Made by a program: the position numbers and the translations under genes. A stretch of 64,000 nucleotides of DNA, from assembly GCF_032444005.1 (NCBI RefSeq), contig NC_091287.1:381238001-381302000 (forward strand), read 5' to 3'. The notes under the pieces were generated by a model. That model was given only the letters and a program-made list of their open reading frames with translations. It had not been told where the DNA came from and did not search any database. Source of the stretch: Ranitomeya imitator (lineage: Eukaryota). Below, piece by piece: positions 11,720-24,554 of the stretch (position 1 is the stretch's first letter; each line of letters starts with the position of its first letter).

Positions 11720-12582
11720 AGGGAACCTGTCACCCCGTTTTTTCAGATTGAGCTATAAATACTGTTAAATAGGGCCTGCGCTGTGCGTTACTATAGTGTA
11801 TGTAGTGTACCCTGATTCCACATGTATGCTGAGAAATACATTACCAAAGTCGCCGTTTTCGCCTGTCAATCAGGCTGGTCAGGTGGGCGTGTTCACAGCG
11901 CTCTTTTCTTCCCCAGCTTTCCGTTGGTGGCGTAGTGGTGTGCGCATGTCCAAGGTCCGAATTCCCTGCGCCCACGTGAAGACACAGCGCGCGATCTGCG
12001 CTGTCATCCCTTTCATTGGTGGGGGCGGCCATCTTCCTGGGGCCGCGCGTGCGCAGATGGAGTGCTCTGCTGCACGGGGGCTTCAGGAAAATGGCCGCGG
12101 GATGCCGCGCGTGCGCACAAGAGATCGCGGCGGCCATTTTCCCAAAGCCGAGATGCAAACTCCGGGCAGCCGGAAAGCAGAGCGGTGACGTCACCGCTCT
12201 GCTTTCCGGCCGCTGTGCTCACAGCCAGAGCAGAGAAGCAGAGCGCCGGGGACAGACAGCGGTAGGTATGTAGTGGTTGTTTTTTTTACTTTAACGATGG
12301 TAACCAGGGTAAACATCGGGTTACTAAGCGCGGCCCTGCGCTTAGTAACCCGATGTTTACCCTGGTTACCAGCGAAGACATCGCTGAATCGGCGTCACAC
12401 ACGCCGATTCAGCGATGTCAGCGGGAGATCCAGCGACGAAACAAAGTTCTGGACTTTCTTCCCCGACCAGCGACATCACAGCAGGGGCCTGATCGCTGCT
12501 GCCTGTCACACTGGACGATATCGCTAGCCAGGACGCTGCAACGTCACGGATCGCTAGCGATATCGTCTAGTGTGACGGTACC
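11720..12582. mobile_element. Chimeric MITE: left arm of a Kolobok/T2-like palindrome fused to the right arm of a ggtaccgtcacac-family palindrome
   Basis: 11720-12162 matches one arm of the element at 34904-35783; 12163-12582 matches the family at 32053-32601 and 62790-63143 and ends gtgtgacggtacc. Confidence 0.75.
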
Positions 12583-12724
12583 TTAAGCAAAAACTCTTAG
12601 TGTTGCGGCGTTGCCCTTATTCATTCTCGTCTTGACTATTGCAACTTTCTACTAATCGGTCATATTCCTTCTCAACCGCTACACCGATGCCTCTACCCTG
12701 GGCCAGTCATTGCAACGGTTGCCC

Positions 12725-13010
12725 ACAGGGCTGTGGAATCGGAGTGGGTGCCCATTTTGATGATGTTGGAGTCTGTATAAAATGGACCGACTGACTCCTA
12801 AAATATTATAATAAATTGGGTTCTGTAGTTCAGTGCAGATGTGCTGCAAATGGTTTCATAAAAATATGGGAAAGTTATGAAATGTTCTTTAAATATCTGT
12901 TCTATTCCTGATGTAAGGATCTCTGCTTTTAGTAGATAAATCTGTGCTGCACTTTATGCACATGCTCAGTAGTGAGGCAGTGCTGTGGAGTCAGGGAAAT
13001 TGAAATCCAC
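12725..13010. mobile_element. Degenerate hAT-like (cagggctgtggagtcgg-type) element remnant
   Basis: Starts cagggctgtggaatcggag; internal similarity to 32860-33050. Confidence 0.45.
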
Positions 13011-14339
13011 TACAGAGTTTAACCCCTTTCTGGCATTGGACATGCTATTCCGTCCTTGTGACCTGGGACTTAATTCTCATGGACGGAATAGTATGTCCAA
13101 TGCGATCAGCCACGCTCCCGTTAACAGTTGTGTTGTGATGCTCCAGCCCTTCATTACCTGTCACCACAGCGTGGCTGGCTGCGGGACCTGCACAAGCAAA
13201 AATTAATTAAAAAGGTTAGTCATTACAATACAGGGAAAAAAAAAAAGCACTCTGCCACTCCTGTGGTCAACTATAAATCCCAGCATGCCATAGGTTCTGC
13301 AGGACATGCTGGGAGTTATAGTTCTCCCATTGGATCTTAAAGCAGCACTCCAGTGTTATTTTTCAGTGCTGGAGTGGTGCTTTAAATATAAGCCCTGTGC
13401 CCCCATTCTTATTCTCATCCTCCAGAGTCTTCATATAGTTCTTTACAGACACCACACTGGTCCCGCAGTAGCACCATCTTCTACCCATAGCTTCCAACAT
13501 AACATACTATTGTATATAACACCACCACATATAATATGTTATTTAGGTTATTAAATATTTTACCACATCTTTTGTTTCAAATATTTTTTTTACCCATTTT
13601 CCACCTCTAAAACCTGGGTGCCTTTTATAGTCCGGTGCGTCTTATAGTCCAAAAATACGGTAAACATTTCTATGTCAAACGACTCGCTGCTCATATGCTT
13701 TTGAATGTCTTGACTGCTTCAGGACCATTCTTCAGGTGTTTTACACTCAGAAGATACTCTGCCATTTAGTAGAAAAGGGAAAAAGACACCCGGAAGACAT
13801 CCACAGACTGTTTTTGGAGCATTTGATCATAGTTTTTTTGCTTTAAAAAAAAAAAAAAAAGCTAGACGTTTAACCCCTTCATGACCCAGCCTATTTTGAC
13901 CTTAAAGACCTTGCCGTTTTTTGCAATTCTGACCAGTGTCCCTTCATGAGGTAATAACTCAGGAACGCTTCAATGGATCCTAGCGGTTCTGAGATTGTTT
14001 TTTCGTGACATATTGGGCTTCATGTTAGTGGTAAATTTAGGTCAATAAATTCTGTGTTTATTTGTGATAAAAACGGAAATTTGGCGAAAATTTTGAAAAT
14101 TTCGCAATTTTCACATTTTGAATTTTTATTCTGTTAAACCAGAGAGTTATGTGACACAAAATAGTTAATAAATAACATTTCCCACACGTCTACTTTACAT
14201 CAGCACAATTTTGGAAACAAAATTTTTTTTTGCTAGGAAGTTATAAGGGTTAAAATTTGACCAGCGATTTCTCATTTTTACAACGAAATTTACAAAACCA
14301 TTTTTTTTAGGGACCACCTCACATTTGAAGTCAGTTTGA

Positions 14340-17095
14340 GGGGTCTATATGGCTGAAAATACCCAAAAGTGACACCATTCTAAAAACTGCACCCCTCAAG
14401 GTGCACAAAACCACATTCAAGAAGTTTATTAACCCTTCAGGTGCTTCACAGCAGCAGAAGCAACATGGAAGGAAAAAATGAACATTTAACTTTTTAGTCA
14501 CAAAAATGATTTTTCAGCAACAATTTTTTTATTTTCCCAATGGTAAAAGGAGAAACTGAACCACGTACGTTGTTGTCCAATTTGTCCTGAGTACGCTGAT
14601 ACCTCATATGTGGGGGTAAACCACTGTTTGGGCGCACGGCAGGGCTTGGAAGGGAAGGAGCGCCATTTGACTTTTTGAATGAAAAATTGGCTGCACTCTT
14701 TAGCGGACACCATGTCACATTTGGAGAGCCCCCGTGTGCCTAAAAATTGGAGCTCCCCCACAAGTGACCCCATTTTGGAAACTAGACGCCCCAAGGAACT
14801 TATCTAGATGCATAGTGAGCCCTTTAAACCCCCAGGTGCTTCACAAATTGATCCGTAAAAATGAAAAAGTACTTTTTTTTCACAAAAAAATTCTTTTAGC
14901 CTCAATTTTTTCATTTTCACATGGACAACAGGATAAAATGGATCCTAAAATTTGTTTGGCAATTTCTCCTGAGTACACCGATACTTCACATGTGGGGGTA
15001 AACCACTGTTTGGGCACATGGTAAGGCTCGGAAGGGAAGGAGCGCCATTTGACTTTTTGAATGAAAAATTATCTCCATCGTTAGCGGACACCATGTCGCG
15101 TTTGGAGAGACCCTGTGTGCTTAAACATTGGAGCTCCCCCACAAGTGACCCCATTTTGGAAACTGGACCCCCCAAGGAACTTATCTAGATGCCTAGTGAG
15201 CACTTTAAACCCTCAGGTGCTTCACAAATTGATCCGTAAAAATGAAAAAGTACTTTTTTTTCACAAAAAATTTATTTTCGCCTCAATTTTTTCATTTTCA
15301 CATGGGCAATAGGATAAAATGGATCCTAAAATTTGTTGAGCAATTTCTCCCGAGTACGCCGATACCTCATATGTGGGGGTAAACCACTGTTTGGGCACAC
15401 GGCAGGGCTCGGAAGGGAAGGCGCGCCTTTTAACTTTTTGAATGGAAAATTAGCTCCAATTGTTAGCGGACACCATGTCGCATTTGGAGAGCCCCTGTGT
15501 GCCTATGCAATGGAGCTCCCCCACAAGTGACCCCATTTTGGAAACTAGACCCCCCAAGGAACTTATCTAGATGCATACTGAGCACTTTAAACCCCCAGGT
15601 GCTTCACAGAAGTTTATAATGCAGAGCCATGAAAATAAAAAATAATTTTTCTTTTCTCAAAAATGATTTTTTAGCCTGGAATTTCCTATTTTGCCAATGG
15701 TAATAGGAGAAATTGGACCACAAATGTTGTTGTCCAGTTTGTCCTGAGTATGCAGATACCCCATATGTGGGGGTAAACCACTGTTTGGGCGCATGGCAGG
15801 GCTCAGAAGGGAAGGCACGCCATTTGGCTTTTTAAATGGAAAATTATCTCCAATCATTAGCGGACACCATGTCGCGTTTGGAGAGCCCCTGTGTGCCTAA
15901 ACATTGGAGATCCCCCACAAATTACCCCATTTTGGAAACTAGACCCCCAAAGGAACTAATCTAGATGTGTAGTGAGCACTTTGAACCCTCAAGTGCTTCA
16001 CAGAAGTTTATAACGCAGAGCCATAAAAATAAAAAATTATTTTCTCAAAAATGAATTTTAGCCCGCAATTTTTTATTTTCCCAAGGGTAACAGGAGAAAT
16101 TTGACCCCAAAAGTTGTTGTCCAGTTTCTCCTGAGTACGCTGATACCCCATATGTGGGGGTAAACCACTGTTTAGGCACATGCTGGGGCTCGGAAGTGAA
16201 GTAGTGACGTTTTGAAATGCAGACTTTGATGGAATGCTCTGTGGGCGTCACGTTGCGTTTGCAGAGCCCCTGATGTGGCTAAACAGTAGAAACCCCACAC
16301 AAGTGACCCCATTTTGGAAACTAGACCCCGAAAGGAACTTATCTAGATGTGAGGTGAGCACTTTGAACCCCCAAGTGCTTCACAGAAGTTCATAACACAG
16401 AGCAGTGAAAATAATAAATACGTTTTCTTTCCTCAAAAATAATTTTTTAGCCCAGAATTTTTTATTTTCCCAAGGGTTACAGGAGAAATTGGACCACAAA
16501 AGTTGTTGTCCAGTTTCTCCTGAGTACGCTGATACCCCATGTGTGGGGGTAAACCACTGTTTGGGCACACGTGGGGGCTCAGAAGGGAAGTAGTGACTTT
16601 TGAAATGCAGACTTTGATGGAATGGTCTGCGGGCGTCACGTTGCGTTTGCAGAGCCCCTGGTGTGCCTAAACAGTAGAAACCCCCCACAAGTGACCCCAT
16701 TTTGGAAACTAGACCCCCCAAGGAACTTATCTAGATATGTGGTGAGCACTTTGAACCCCCAAGTGCTTCACAGACGTTTACAACGCAGAGCCGTGAAAAT
16801 AAAAAATCATTTTTCTTTCCTCAAAAATGATGTTTTAGCAAGCAATTTTTTATTTTCTCAAGGGTAACAGGAGAAATTGGACCCCAGTAATTGTTGTGCA
16901 GTTTGTCCTGAGTATGCTGGTACCCCATATGTGGGGGTAAACCACTGTTTGGGCACACGTCGGGGTTCGGAAGTGAGGGAGCACCATTTGAATTTTTGAA
17001 TACAAGATTGGCTGGAATCAATGGTGGCGCCATGTTGCGTTTGGAGACCCCCTGAAGTGCCTAAACAGTGGAAACCCCTCAATTCTACCTCCAAC
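14340..17095. repeat. ~380-395-bp tandem repeat (about 7 diverged copies) internal to the piggyBac-like element
   Basis: aagtgaccccattttggaaact recurs at ~14762, 15142, 15527, 15921, 16301 and 16689; atgtgggggtaaaccactgtttgg recurs in each unit. Confidence 0.9.
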
Positions 17096-17098
17096 ACA

Positions 17099-17225
17099 CC
17101 CCTAACCCTTATCCCAACTGTAGCCGTAACCCTAATCACAACCCTAACCCCAACACACCCCTAACCACAACCCTAACCCCAACACACCCCTAACCCTAAC
17201 CACAACCCTAATTCCAACCCAACTC
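17099..17225 (+). repeat. Degenerate telomere-like (CCCTAA)n tract
   Basis: ccctaacc units interspersed with ccccaacacac. Confidence 0.7.
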
Positions 17226-17228
17226 TAA

Positions 17229-17926
17229 GGCTATGTGCCAACGTTGCGGATTCGTATGAGATTTTTCAGCATCATTTCTGAAAAATCCGCGGGTAAAAGG
17301 CACTGCGTTTTACCTGTGGATTTACCGTGGATTTCCAGTGTTTTTTGTGCGGATTTCACCTGTGGATTCCTATTGAGGAACAGGTGTAAAACGCTGCGGA
17401 ATCCGCACAAAGAATTGGCATGCTGCGGAAAATACAACGCAGCGTTCCCGCGCGGTATTTTCTGCACCATGGGCACAGCGGATTTGGTTTTCCATATGTT
17501 TACATGGTACTGTAAACCTGATGGAACACTGCTGCGGATCCGCAGCGGCCAATCCGCACCGTGTGCACATAGCCTAATTCTAAAGGTATGTGCACACGCT
17601 GCGGAAAACGCTGCGGATCCGCAGCAGTTTCCCATGAGTTTACAGTTCAATGTGAACCTATGGGAACCAAAAATCGCTGTACACATGCTGCGGAAAAACT
17701 GCACGGAAACGCAGCGGTTTACATTCCGCAGCATGTCACTTCTTTCTGCGGATTCCGCAGCGGTTTTACAACTGCTCCAATAGAAAATCGCAGTTGTAAA
17801 ACCGCAGTGAAATGCGCAGAAAAACCGCGGTAAATCCACGATAAATCGGCAGCGGTTTAGCACTGTGGATTTTTCAAATCCGCTGCGGAAAAATCCGCAT
17901 AGGACCAGAATACGTGTGCACATACC
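17229..17926. mobile_element. Two adjacent Harbinger-like palindromic MITEs (17229-17574, 17585-17926)
   Basis: ggctatgtgc.../gtgtgcacatagcc with TAA/TAA flanks; second ggtatgtgcacacg/cgtgtgcacatacc. Confidence 0.7.
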
Positions 17927-17930
17927 GAAA

Positions 17931-18026
17931 CCCTAACCCTAGCCCTAACCCTAACCCTAACCCTACCCCTAACCCTAACCTTACCCCTATTCCTACCCCT
18001 AACCCTACCCCTAACCCTAACCCTAG
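17931..18026 (+). repeat. Telomere-like (CCCTAA)n tract with variant hexamers
   Basis: About 16 hexamers: ccctaa, ccctag, ccctac, ccttac. Confidence 0.85.
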
Positions 18027-20078
18027 TTCTTACCCCAACCTTGGTGAAAAAAGAAAAAAAAACTTTATTTTTTTTATTGTCCCTATCTATGGGGGTGACA
18101 AAGGGGGGGGGGGGGGTCATTTACTATTTTTTTATTTTGATCACTGAGATATAACCTATCTCAGTGATCAAAATTCACTCTGGAACGAATCTGCCGGCCG
18201 GCAGATTCGGCGGGCGCACTGCACATGCGCCCGCCATTTTGGAAGATGGCGGCGCCCAGGAAAGAAGACGGACGGACCTCGGGCGGCCAGGTAAGTATAA
18301 GGGGGGGGAGATCAGGGCACGGGGGGGCGTCGGAGCACGGGGGGGGGGGGGTGGATCGGATCATGGAGGGGGTGGATCGGAACACGGGAGGGAGGATTGG
18401 AGCACGGGGAAGGATTGGAGCACGGGGTGAGGGATCGCTGTGCGGGGGGGGTGGATCGGAGCACGGGGGGGTCGCTGTGTGCGGGGGGGGATCGGAGTGC
18501 GGGGGGGTTTGATTGGAGCGCGGGGGGTGTGATTGGTGCACGGGGAAGCGGACAGGAGGACGGGGGAGCGGAGCACAGGACGGAGGGGAGCGGACCACAG
18601 ATCGGGGGGCTGGGGGGGCGATCGGAGGAGTGGGGTGGGGGCACATTAGTATTTCCAGCCATGGCCGATGATATTGCAGCATCGGCCATGGCTAGATTGT
18701 AATATTTCACCATTTTTTTAGGTGAAATATTACAAATCGCTCTGATTGGCAGTTTCACTTTCAACAGCCAATCAGAGCGATCGTAGCCACGAGGGGGTGA
18801 AGCCACCCCCCCTGGGCTAAACTACCACTCCCCCTGTCCCTGCAGATCGGGTGAAATGGGAGTTAACCCTTTCACCCGGCCTGCAGGGACGCGATCTTTC
18901 CATGACGCATATGCTGCGTCATGGGTCGGAATGGCACCGACTTTCATGACGCAGCGTATGCGTCAAAGGTCGGGAAGGGGTTAATTATTGAATGGTGTAA
19001 AGCAAATGACAGTAAAAAGTCACAAACTCCATGTGAAATCCATCCTGAAAAATACCAGGCAGAAAAATGCTCAGTAAACAACAATGAAAAAATGGCAGTT
19101 CACTGAAGAGTCTTCTGCTTGAAAAACTCTGTATATTCGCCCAAGTGTAAAAGGTCGTCATGTGCACAAGCCCAAAGTGATCCTTGATATGTGAACTTCA
19201 GTAAAAGATGGAGGACACTACAAAACTCATCTGTATCTGAATGTTAAATGACTCGAGTCTTTTCAGAAGGACGCAGCAATCAAGAAATGTAACATATGCC
19301 GGCAGGATTTTCGCTTTATTTTGTTAAATGCTGGATGTTAAAGTGGGAGAGGAAAATGAAGTAGGAAAGGAAAAGGAAACAGAATACTTTTTCACGGAAG
19401 TTCTCAATAAATCAGATTAAAAAAAAAAAAAAAAAAAAAAAACACAACACATCAAGCTTTAAGGTTTTTTTCAGGTTTAAAATCTTTTACTCAGGCAACA
19501 TTTATCTAAATATAAAAAGTGAGCTTTACTTACCCCCTGACGCCCCAGCACTGCCCATAGTTTTTCGCTGCATCGATAGCATCACAACCACCAGGACCAC
19601 CGTTCATGGTGATGTAGATAGTACGTGGCTGCCCGGCGACTGGTGGCTGCTGTCACGTTAAAGACCACAGACAGAAATGCAGGGAAAGTAAGCTCGTTTT
19701 GCCATTTATCAATATAGTATGCATATAAAAAAAAGGATTTAAAACCTGAAAAAATGTAAGGACCTCATACAGCAACCCTTCTTTTATGCGCTGCAGAAGA
19801 GAACTGCTGACAAACAGCGACTCTTCCTCTGGCTGACTTTGGCAATGTATTTCATTTCAAGGACACAAGTATTGTCACATTTCCCTTTTACCTGCTGCAA
19901 AGAGAACACTCAGCAAAACAGTCTGTTCCCAGGAGACCTCTACAGAGGTGCTCTATATCCAGAGAGGCCAGTGTAGGATGCCGAAAGGGAGGGTGCCACT
20001 TACCTCGGAGTAGATTTACTCCCAAGTTTTCACATGTTTTACCAATGTGCTTTTATTTGATGAATAAATGGACATTTA

Positions 20079-20485
20079 GGGTGCGTGTCCATGGTCTGGA
20101 TTGTCGGCCCTTTGGATGGAGCGGAAAACGCACTCCGCCCAGAGCACCGCCCCCTTCTGTACGCGCGGTGATTCCGGATGTGTTCATTGCACACATCCGG
20201 AATAGCCGCACCCCATACATAGGGCCCTGTGATTTACCTTGCGGAGCGTCACCGCGAGGTAAACAGACATGCTGCGTTCTAAAAAGACGTACCACATGTC
20301 CGTAAACACAGGGCCGCCGGATGCGTGTTTGCACGCATAGTGTAGACGGGATTTCATAAAATCACCTCCACTATGCTGTAACATTTGGCCGCTGCGGGTT
20401 GAAAGCTGCGGCTGTACGCAGCGGCTGTACGCAGCATTCAATCCGCAGCTAATCTGGATGTAATCCATACAGTGGACACATACCC
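20079..20485. mobile_element. Harbinger-like MITE
   Basis: gggtgcgtgtcca / tggacacataccc TIR with TTA TSD on both sides. Confidence 0.7.
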
Positions 20486-20775
20486 TTACACTGCAAGATG
20501 ATCCTAAACGAGTATCGTTAAAAATGCTCATTTCACGATCTTGCGGTGTAAACAGGCGGCCGAGCAACATGCTCGTTCATCAGGTGAAAAGATTATCGCT
20601 TGCAGCATGTGATCAAGCCACCATCTATGAAGTTGTTTTTTTATTTTCGATGAAACAAGAAAGAAAACAGTGCGGCACTCACCCTTATTATATGAAGCTA
20701 TGAAATCGTGCTCTTTATTGGAGAAAAAAAATCCATTAGGACATCAGGTCAGCGAGAGGGTGCGGAGGTGGAGTG

Positions 20776-20818
20776 TGGACGACGGCCGTTTCGCACGGTA
20801 TGTGCTTCAACGGGTCCA
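20776..20818 (-). ncRNA. Third (inverted) copy of the hammerhead-like motif
   Basis: Reverse complement of 24136-24178. Confidence 0.6.
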
Positions 20819-21094
20819 GTTCACTGATTACTAAACGTCATTTCCTTATAAAGGGTTCCCGACGTGTGAATACAATAACAACAGTGCATATTCACCTACA
20901 CATGAACTAAGTGAAATTGTGCAAATAATATACATTAATAAACAGTAATCAAATTGCAATATTGCAACACTAAAAGTTGTTTCAGACTTGCTTAATTATT
21001 ATATAGTAATAACATTTCCATATGTAATTAAATATTATTAAATATTTTTTAAACGTTTTACTTTTTTCATTCAGAAGCATAAAAACCTCTTATA

Positions 21095-22932
21095 CTAAAG
21101 AAATACCGACATGTCTAATTTGTCATTTAAGCCTATTGGCCCTTGCGCGTTAGTGTTCAGAATCCACCGGGCTTCTTTCTGCAATAGTAGTCTATTTTGA
21201 TCTCCTCCCTGCGAAGGATATTTCACTATCTCTATACCAGCAAAAAGCAATAAATTAGGATTAGCGTTGTGCTTTTCTCTCATGTGTTGAATCAATCTCT
21301 GACAGCCTTTTCCTGAAGCAATTGAGTTATAGTGTTCAGTGAACCTTTTTATCAGCGGTCTTATAGTTTTCCCGATGTAGAAATACCGGCACGGGCAGAA
21401 GAGAACATACACGACAAATTTGCTCTTACAGGATATAAAATCCTGAATTTTATGTGTAATAGAGCCAATTTTAATGGGATTGTGTGTAACATGGAGATGA
21501 CAAAACCTGCAGTTTCCGCATTTATGATTACCTATTGGCGCATTATTAGTTAACCAATTTTGTTTAGTGGCTAAGATTTTATTGTGTACTAATAAATCAG
21601 ATAAATTATGTGCTCGTTTGTATACGAATTTTGGAGCATGACTAATAATAGACATCAGATCTTTATCTGTTTGTAAAACATGCCAATTTTTACGTATAGA
21701 GGCATGAATAGCTTGGTCCAAATTGGTATGTTTAAAACAAAAAGAAAAAGGAAAAGATGGGGGGAATTTTTCAGCACCAATTATTCCTTTTGATAAAGAA
21801 TGTTTTACTCCACTCCTTTTACTCAGAAAATCTTTTTGGGAGAATTCTTTAATGCGTTTTTCTGCTTCTATTAATGTTTGTTTTGGATAACCTCTATCAA
21901 TGAAACGAGATTTTAATTCATCAATCTGCTCCTCAAATATTTTGTTATTACTATTAATTTTACGCAATCTAACCATTTGGCTGTATGGCAATCCTCTTTT
22001 TGTATGGGCTGGATGATCACTATCAAAATGGAGCATATTATTTGTTGCGGTTTCTTTTCTGAACACTTTAGTTACTATTTCGCTGTCCACAATCTCTATT
22101 TTTACATCCAAGTATTCTAAACTGTCTGCTCCAAAACAAGAGGTAAACATCATATTTTCTGAATTAGAAACGTTAAGGTATTTTACAAAATCATTAAATA
22201 CTGTTTTATCCCCGTCCCAAATTATCATAATATCATCCACAAATCTTACATAGAAGCGGATATATTTCAGAAAAGGGTTATTGATATTATTGATATAAGT
22301 ATCTTCGAAGGCAGCCAAAAATAGATTTGCATAAGTGCATGAAGTGGGCGTACCCATGGCAGTCCCCATCAATTGTTTATACCATTTATCCATGAACTTA
22401 AACGAATTATGGGACAAAATGAAATCCAGGCTTTCCATAATAAAAGAAATTATATTAGAGTCTAAATTTCTATTTTGTAAGATTTTTTGAATCGCCTGTA
22501 TACCTTTTTCTTTTGGGATACGGGTATAGAGATTTACTACATCAATAGATGTCAATGAAAAAGTAGGTTGCCAATCTATTTCCCTTAAGGCCAGCACTAG
22601 ATCTCCTGAGTCTTTTATATATGAAGGAATGGATTGAAGTAATGGTTTTAACAACCAGTCAATATATTGTGATAGGGGTTCTGTAACAGAATTTATCCCT
22701 GAAATTATAGGGCGGCCTGGAGGTTCCTTCATGCACTTATGAACCTTCGGTATACTATACCAATAGGGAAATTGCGGATATTCAAGGAGGAGACTTTCAG
22801 CACGTTTCTTTGGTAATATTCCCTTTTCCACATATTTTCTTAGTAAAGATCTCAACTTAGTTTTATAATTTTGGGTGGGATTTTGTGACAACACACAATA
22901 AGTGTTTTCGTCATGTAATTGTGAGAGGGCTT
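21095..22932 (-). pseudogene. 5'-truncated inverted copy of PLE ORF2 (RT core + GIY-YIG)
   Basis: Protein matches residues from ALSQLHDENTY to the C-terminus of ORF 25355..27844. Confidence 0.9.
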
Positions 22933-23227
22933 GCCATACAGCCAATTGGTTAGATTGCGTAAAATTAATAGTAATAACAAAATATTTGAGGAGCAGATTG
23001 ATGAATTAAAATCTCGTTTCATTGATAGAGGTTATCCAAAACAAACATTAATAGAAGCAGAAAAACGCATTAAAGAATTCTCCCAAAAAGATTTTCTGAG
23101 TAAAAGGAGTGGAGTAAAACATTCTTTATCAAAAGGAATAATTGGTGCTGAAAAATTCCCCCCATCTTTTCCTTTTTCTTTTTGTTTTAAACATACCAAT
23201 TTGGACCAAGCTATTCATGCCTCTATA

Positions 23228-23270
<43 letters not shown>

Positions 23271-23859
23271 GCATGTTTTACAAACAGATAAAGATCTGAT
23301 GTCTATTATTAGTCATGCTCCAAAATTCGTATACAAACGAGCACATAATTTATCTGATTTATTAGTACACAATAAAATCTTAGCCACTAAACAAAATTGG
23401 TTAACTAATAATGCGCCAATAGGTAATCATAAATGCGGAAACTGCAGGTTTTGTCATCTCCATGTTACACACAATCCCATTAAAATTGGCTCTATTACAC
23501 ATAAAATTCAGGATTTTATATCCTGTAAGAGCAAATTTGTCGTGTATGTTCTCTTCTGCCCGTGCCGGTATTTCTACATCGGGAAAACTATAAGACCGCT
23601 GATAAAAAGGTTCACTGAACACTATAACTCAATTGCTTCAGGAAAAGGCTGTCAGAGATTGATTCAACACATGAGAGAAAAGCACAACGCTAATCCTAAT
23701 TTATTGCTTTTTGCTGGTATAGAGATAGTGAAATATCCTTCGCAGGGAGGAGATCAAAATAGACTACTATTGCAGAAAGAAGCCCGGTGGATTCTGAACA
23801 CTAACGCGCAAGGGCCAATAGGCTTAAATGACAAATTAGACATGTCGGTATTTCTTTAG
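22933..23859 (+). pseudogene. 5'-truncated tandem copy of PLE ORF2 C-terminus, frameshifted by an A39 run
   Basis: ORFs 22931..23299 and 23299..23859 match ORF2; A39 at 23229-23267 replaces gtaaaaa. Confidence 0.88.
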
Positions 23860-24135
23860 TATAAGAGGTTTTTATGCTTCTGAATGAAAAAAGTAAAACG
23901 TTTAAAAAATATTTAATAATATTTAATTACATATGGAAATGTTATTACTATATAATAATTAAGCAAGTCTGAAACAACTTTTAGTGTTGCAATATTGCAA
24001 TTTGATTACTGTTTATTAATGTATATTATTTGCACAATTTCACTTAGTTCATGTGTAGGTGAATATGCACTGTTGTTATTGTATTCACACGTCGGGAACC
24101 CTTTATAAGGAAATGACGTTTAGTAATCAGTGAAC

Positions 24136-24178
24136 TGGACCCGTTGAAGCACATACCGTGCGAAACGGCCGTCGTCCA
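24136..24178 (+). ncRNA. Minimal type I hammerhead-ribozyme-like motif in PLE pLTR (variant core)
   Basis: Stem I tggac/gtcca, core ccgttgaa, stem II gcac-atacc-gtgc, GAAA, palindromic stem III acggccgt, GUC site (cut after 24173). Confidence 0.6.
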
Positions 24179-24554
24179 CACTCCACCTCCGCACCCTCTC
24201 GCTGACCTGATGTCCTAATGGATTTTTTTTCTCCAATAAAGAGCACGATTTCATAGCTTCATATAATAAGGGTGAGTGCCGCACTGTTTTCTTTCTTGTT
24301 TCATCGTATTTACTCTGGATTGCCTATCAGTGCTGAGCACCATATACCCAGAACATACGTGCCACCTGCATATTTCTCGGATGTTCTCTAAAGAGTATAT
24401 TTCCATATTGATTTGTGCTTCTCTAGTGCCGTCCTTTGCTCATTCTGTGTGTTGGGTTGTATTCTTCTACATTTTGGGACAGAGCACAGAGTACACAATA
24501 GCACAAGGAGATAAAGTATACAAAAGTTTCTATACTAAGACTTTATCAGATATA

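Larger units (their letters stand above)
13874..18980. mobile_element. 5.1-kb piggyBac-like non-autonomous element
   Basis: TTAA TSD (13870-13873, 18981-18984); termini ccccttcatgacc / ggtcgggaagggg; no transposase ORF. Confidence 0.8.

Noticed and set aside
17931-18026. Possible chromosome end or fusion site
   Set aside because: The short, variant-rich tract lies inside a TTAA-flanked element; there is no long pure array or head-to-head TTAGGG/CCCTAA junction.
24276-24554. N-terminal 93 codons of the 363-aa ORF in the track
   Set aside because: Starts at a GTG inside the predicted intron donor. The hydrophobic stretch lies mostly within the 24272-24482 intron and recurs as a dead-end ORF at 28261.
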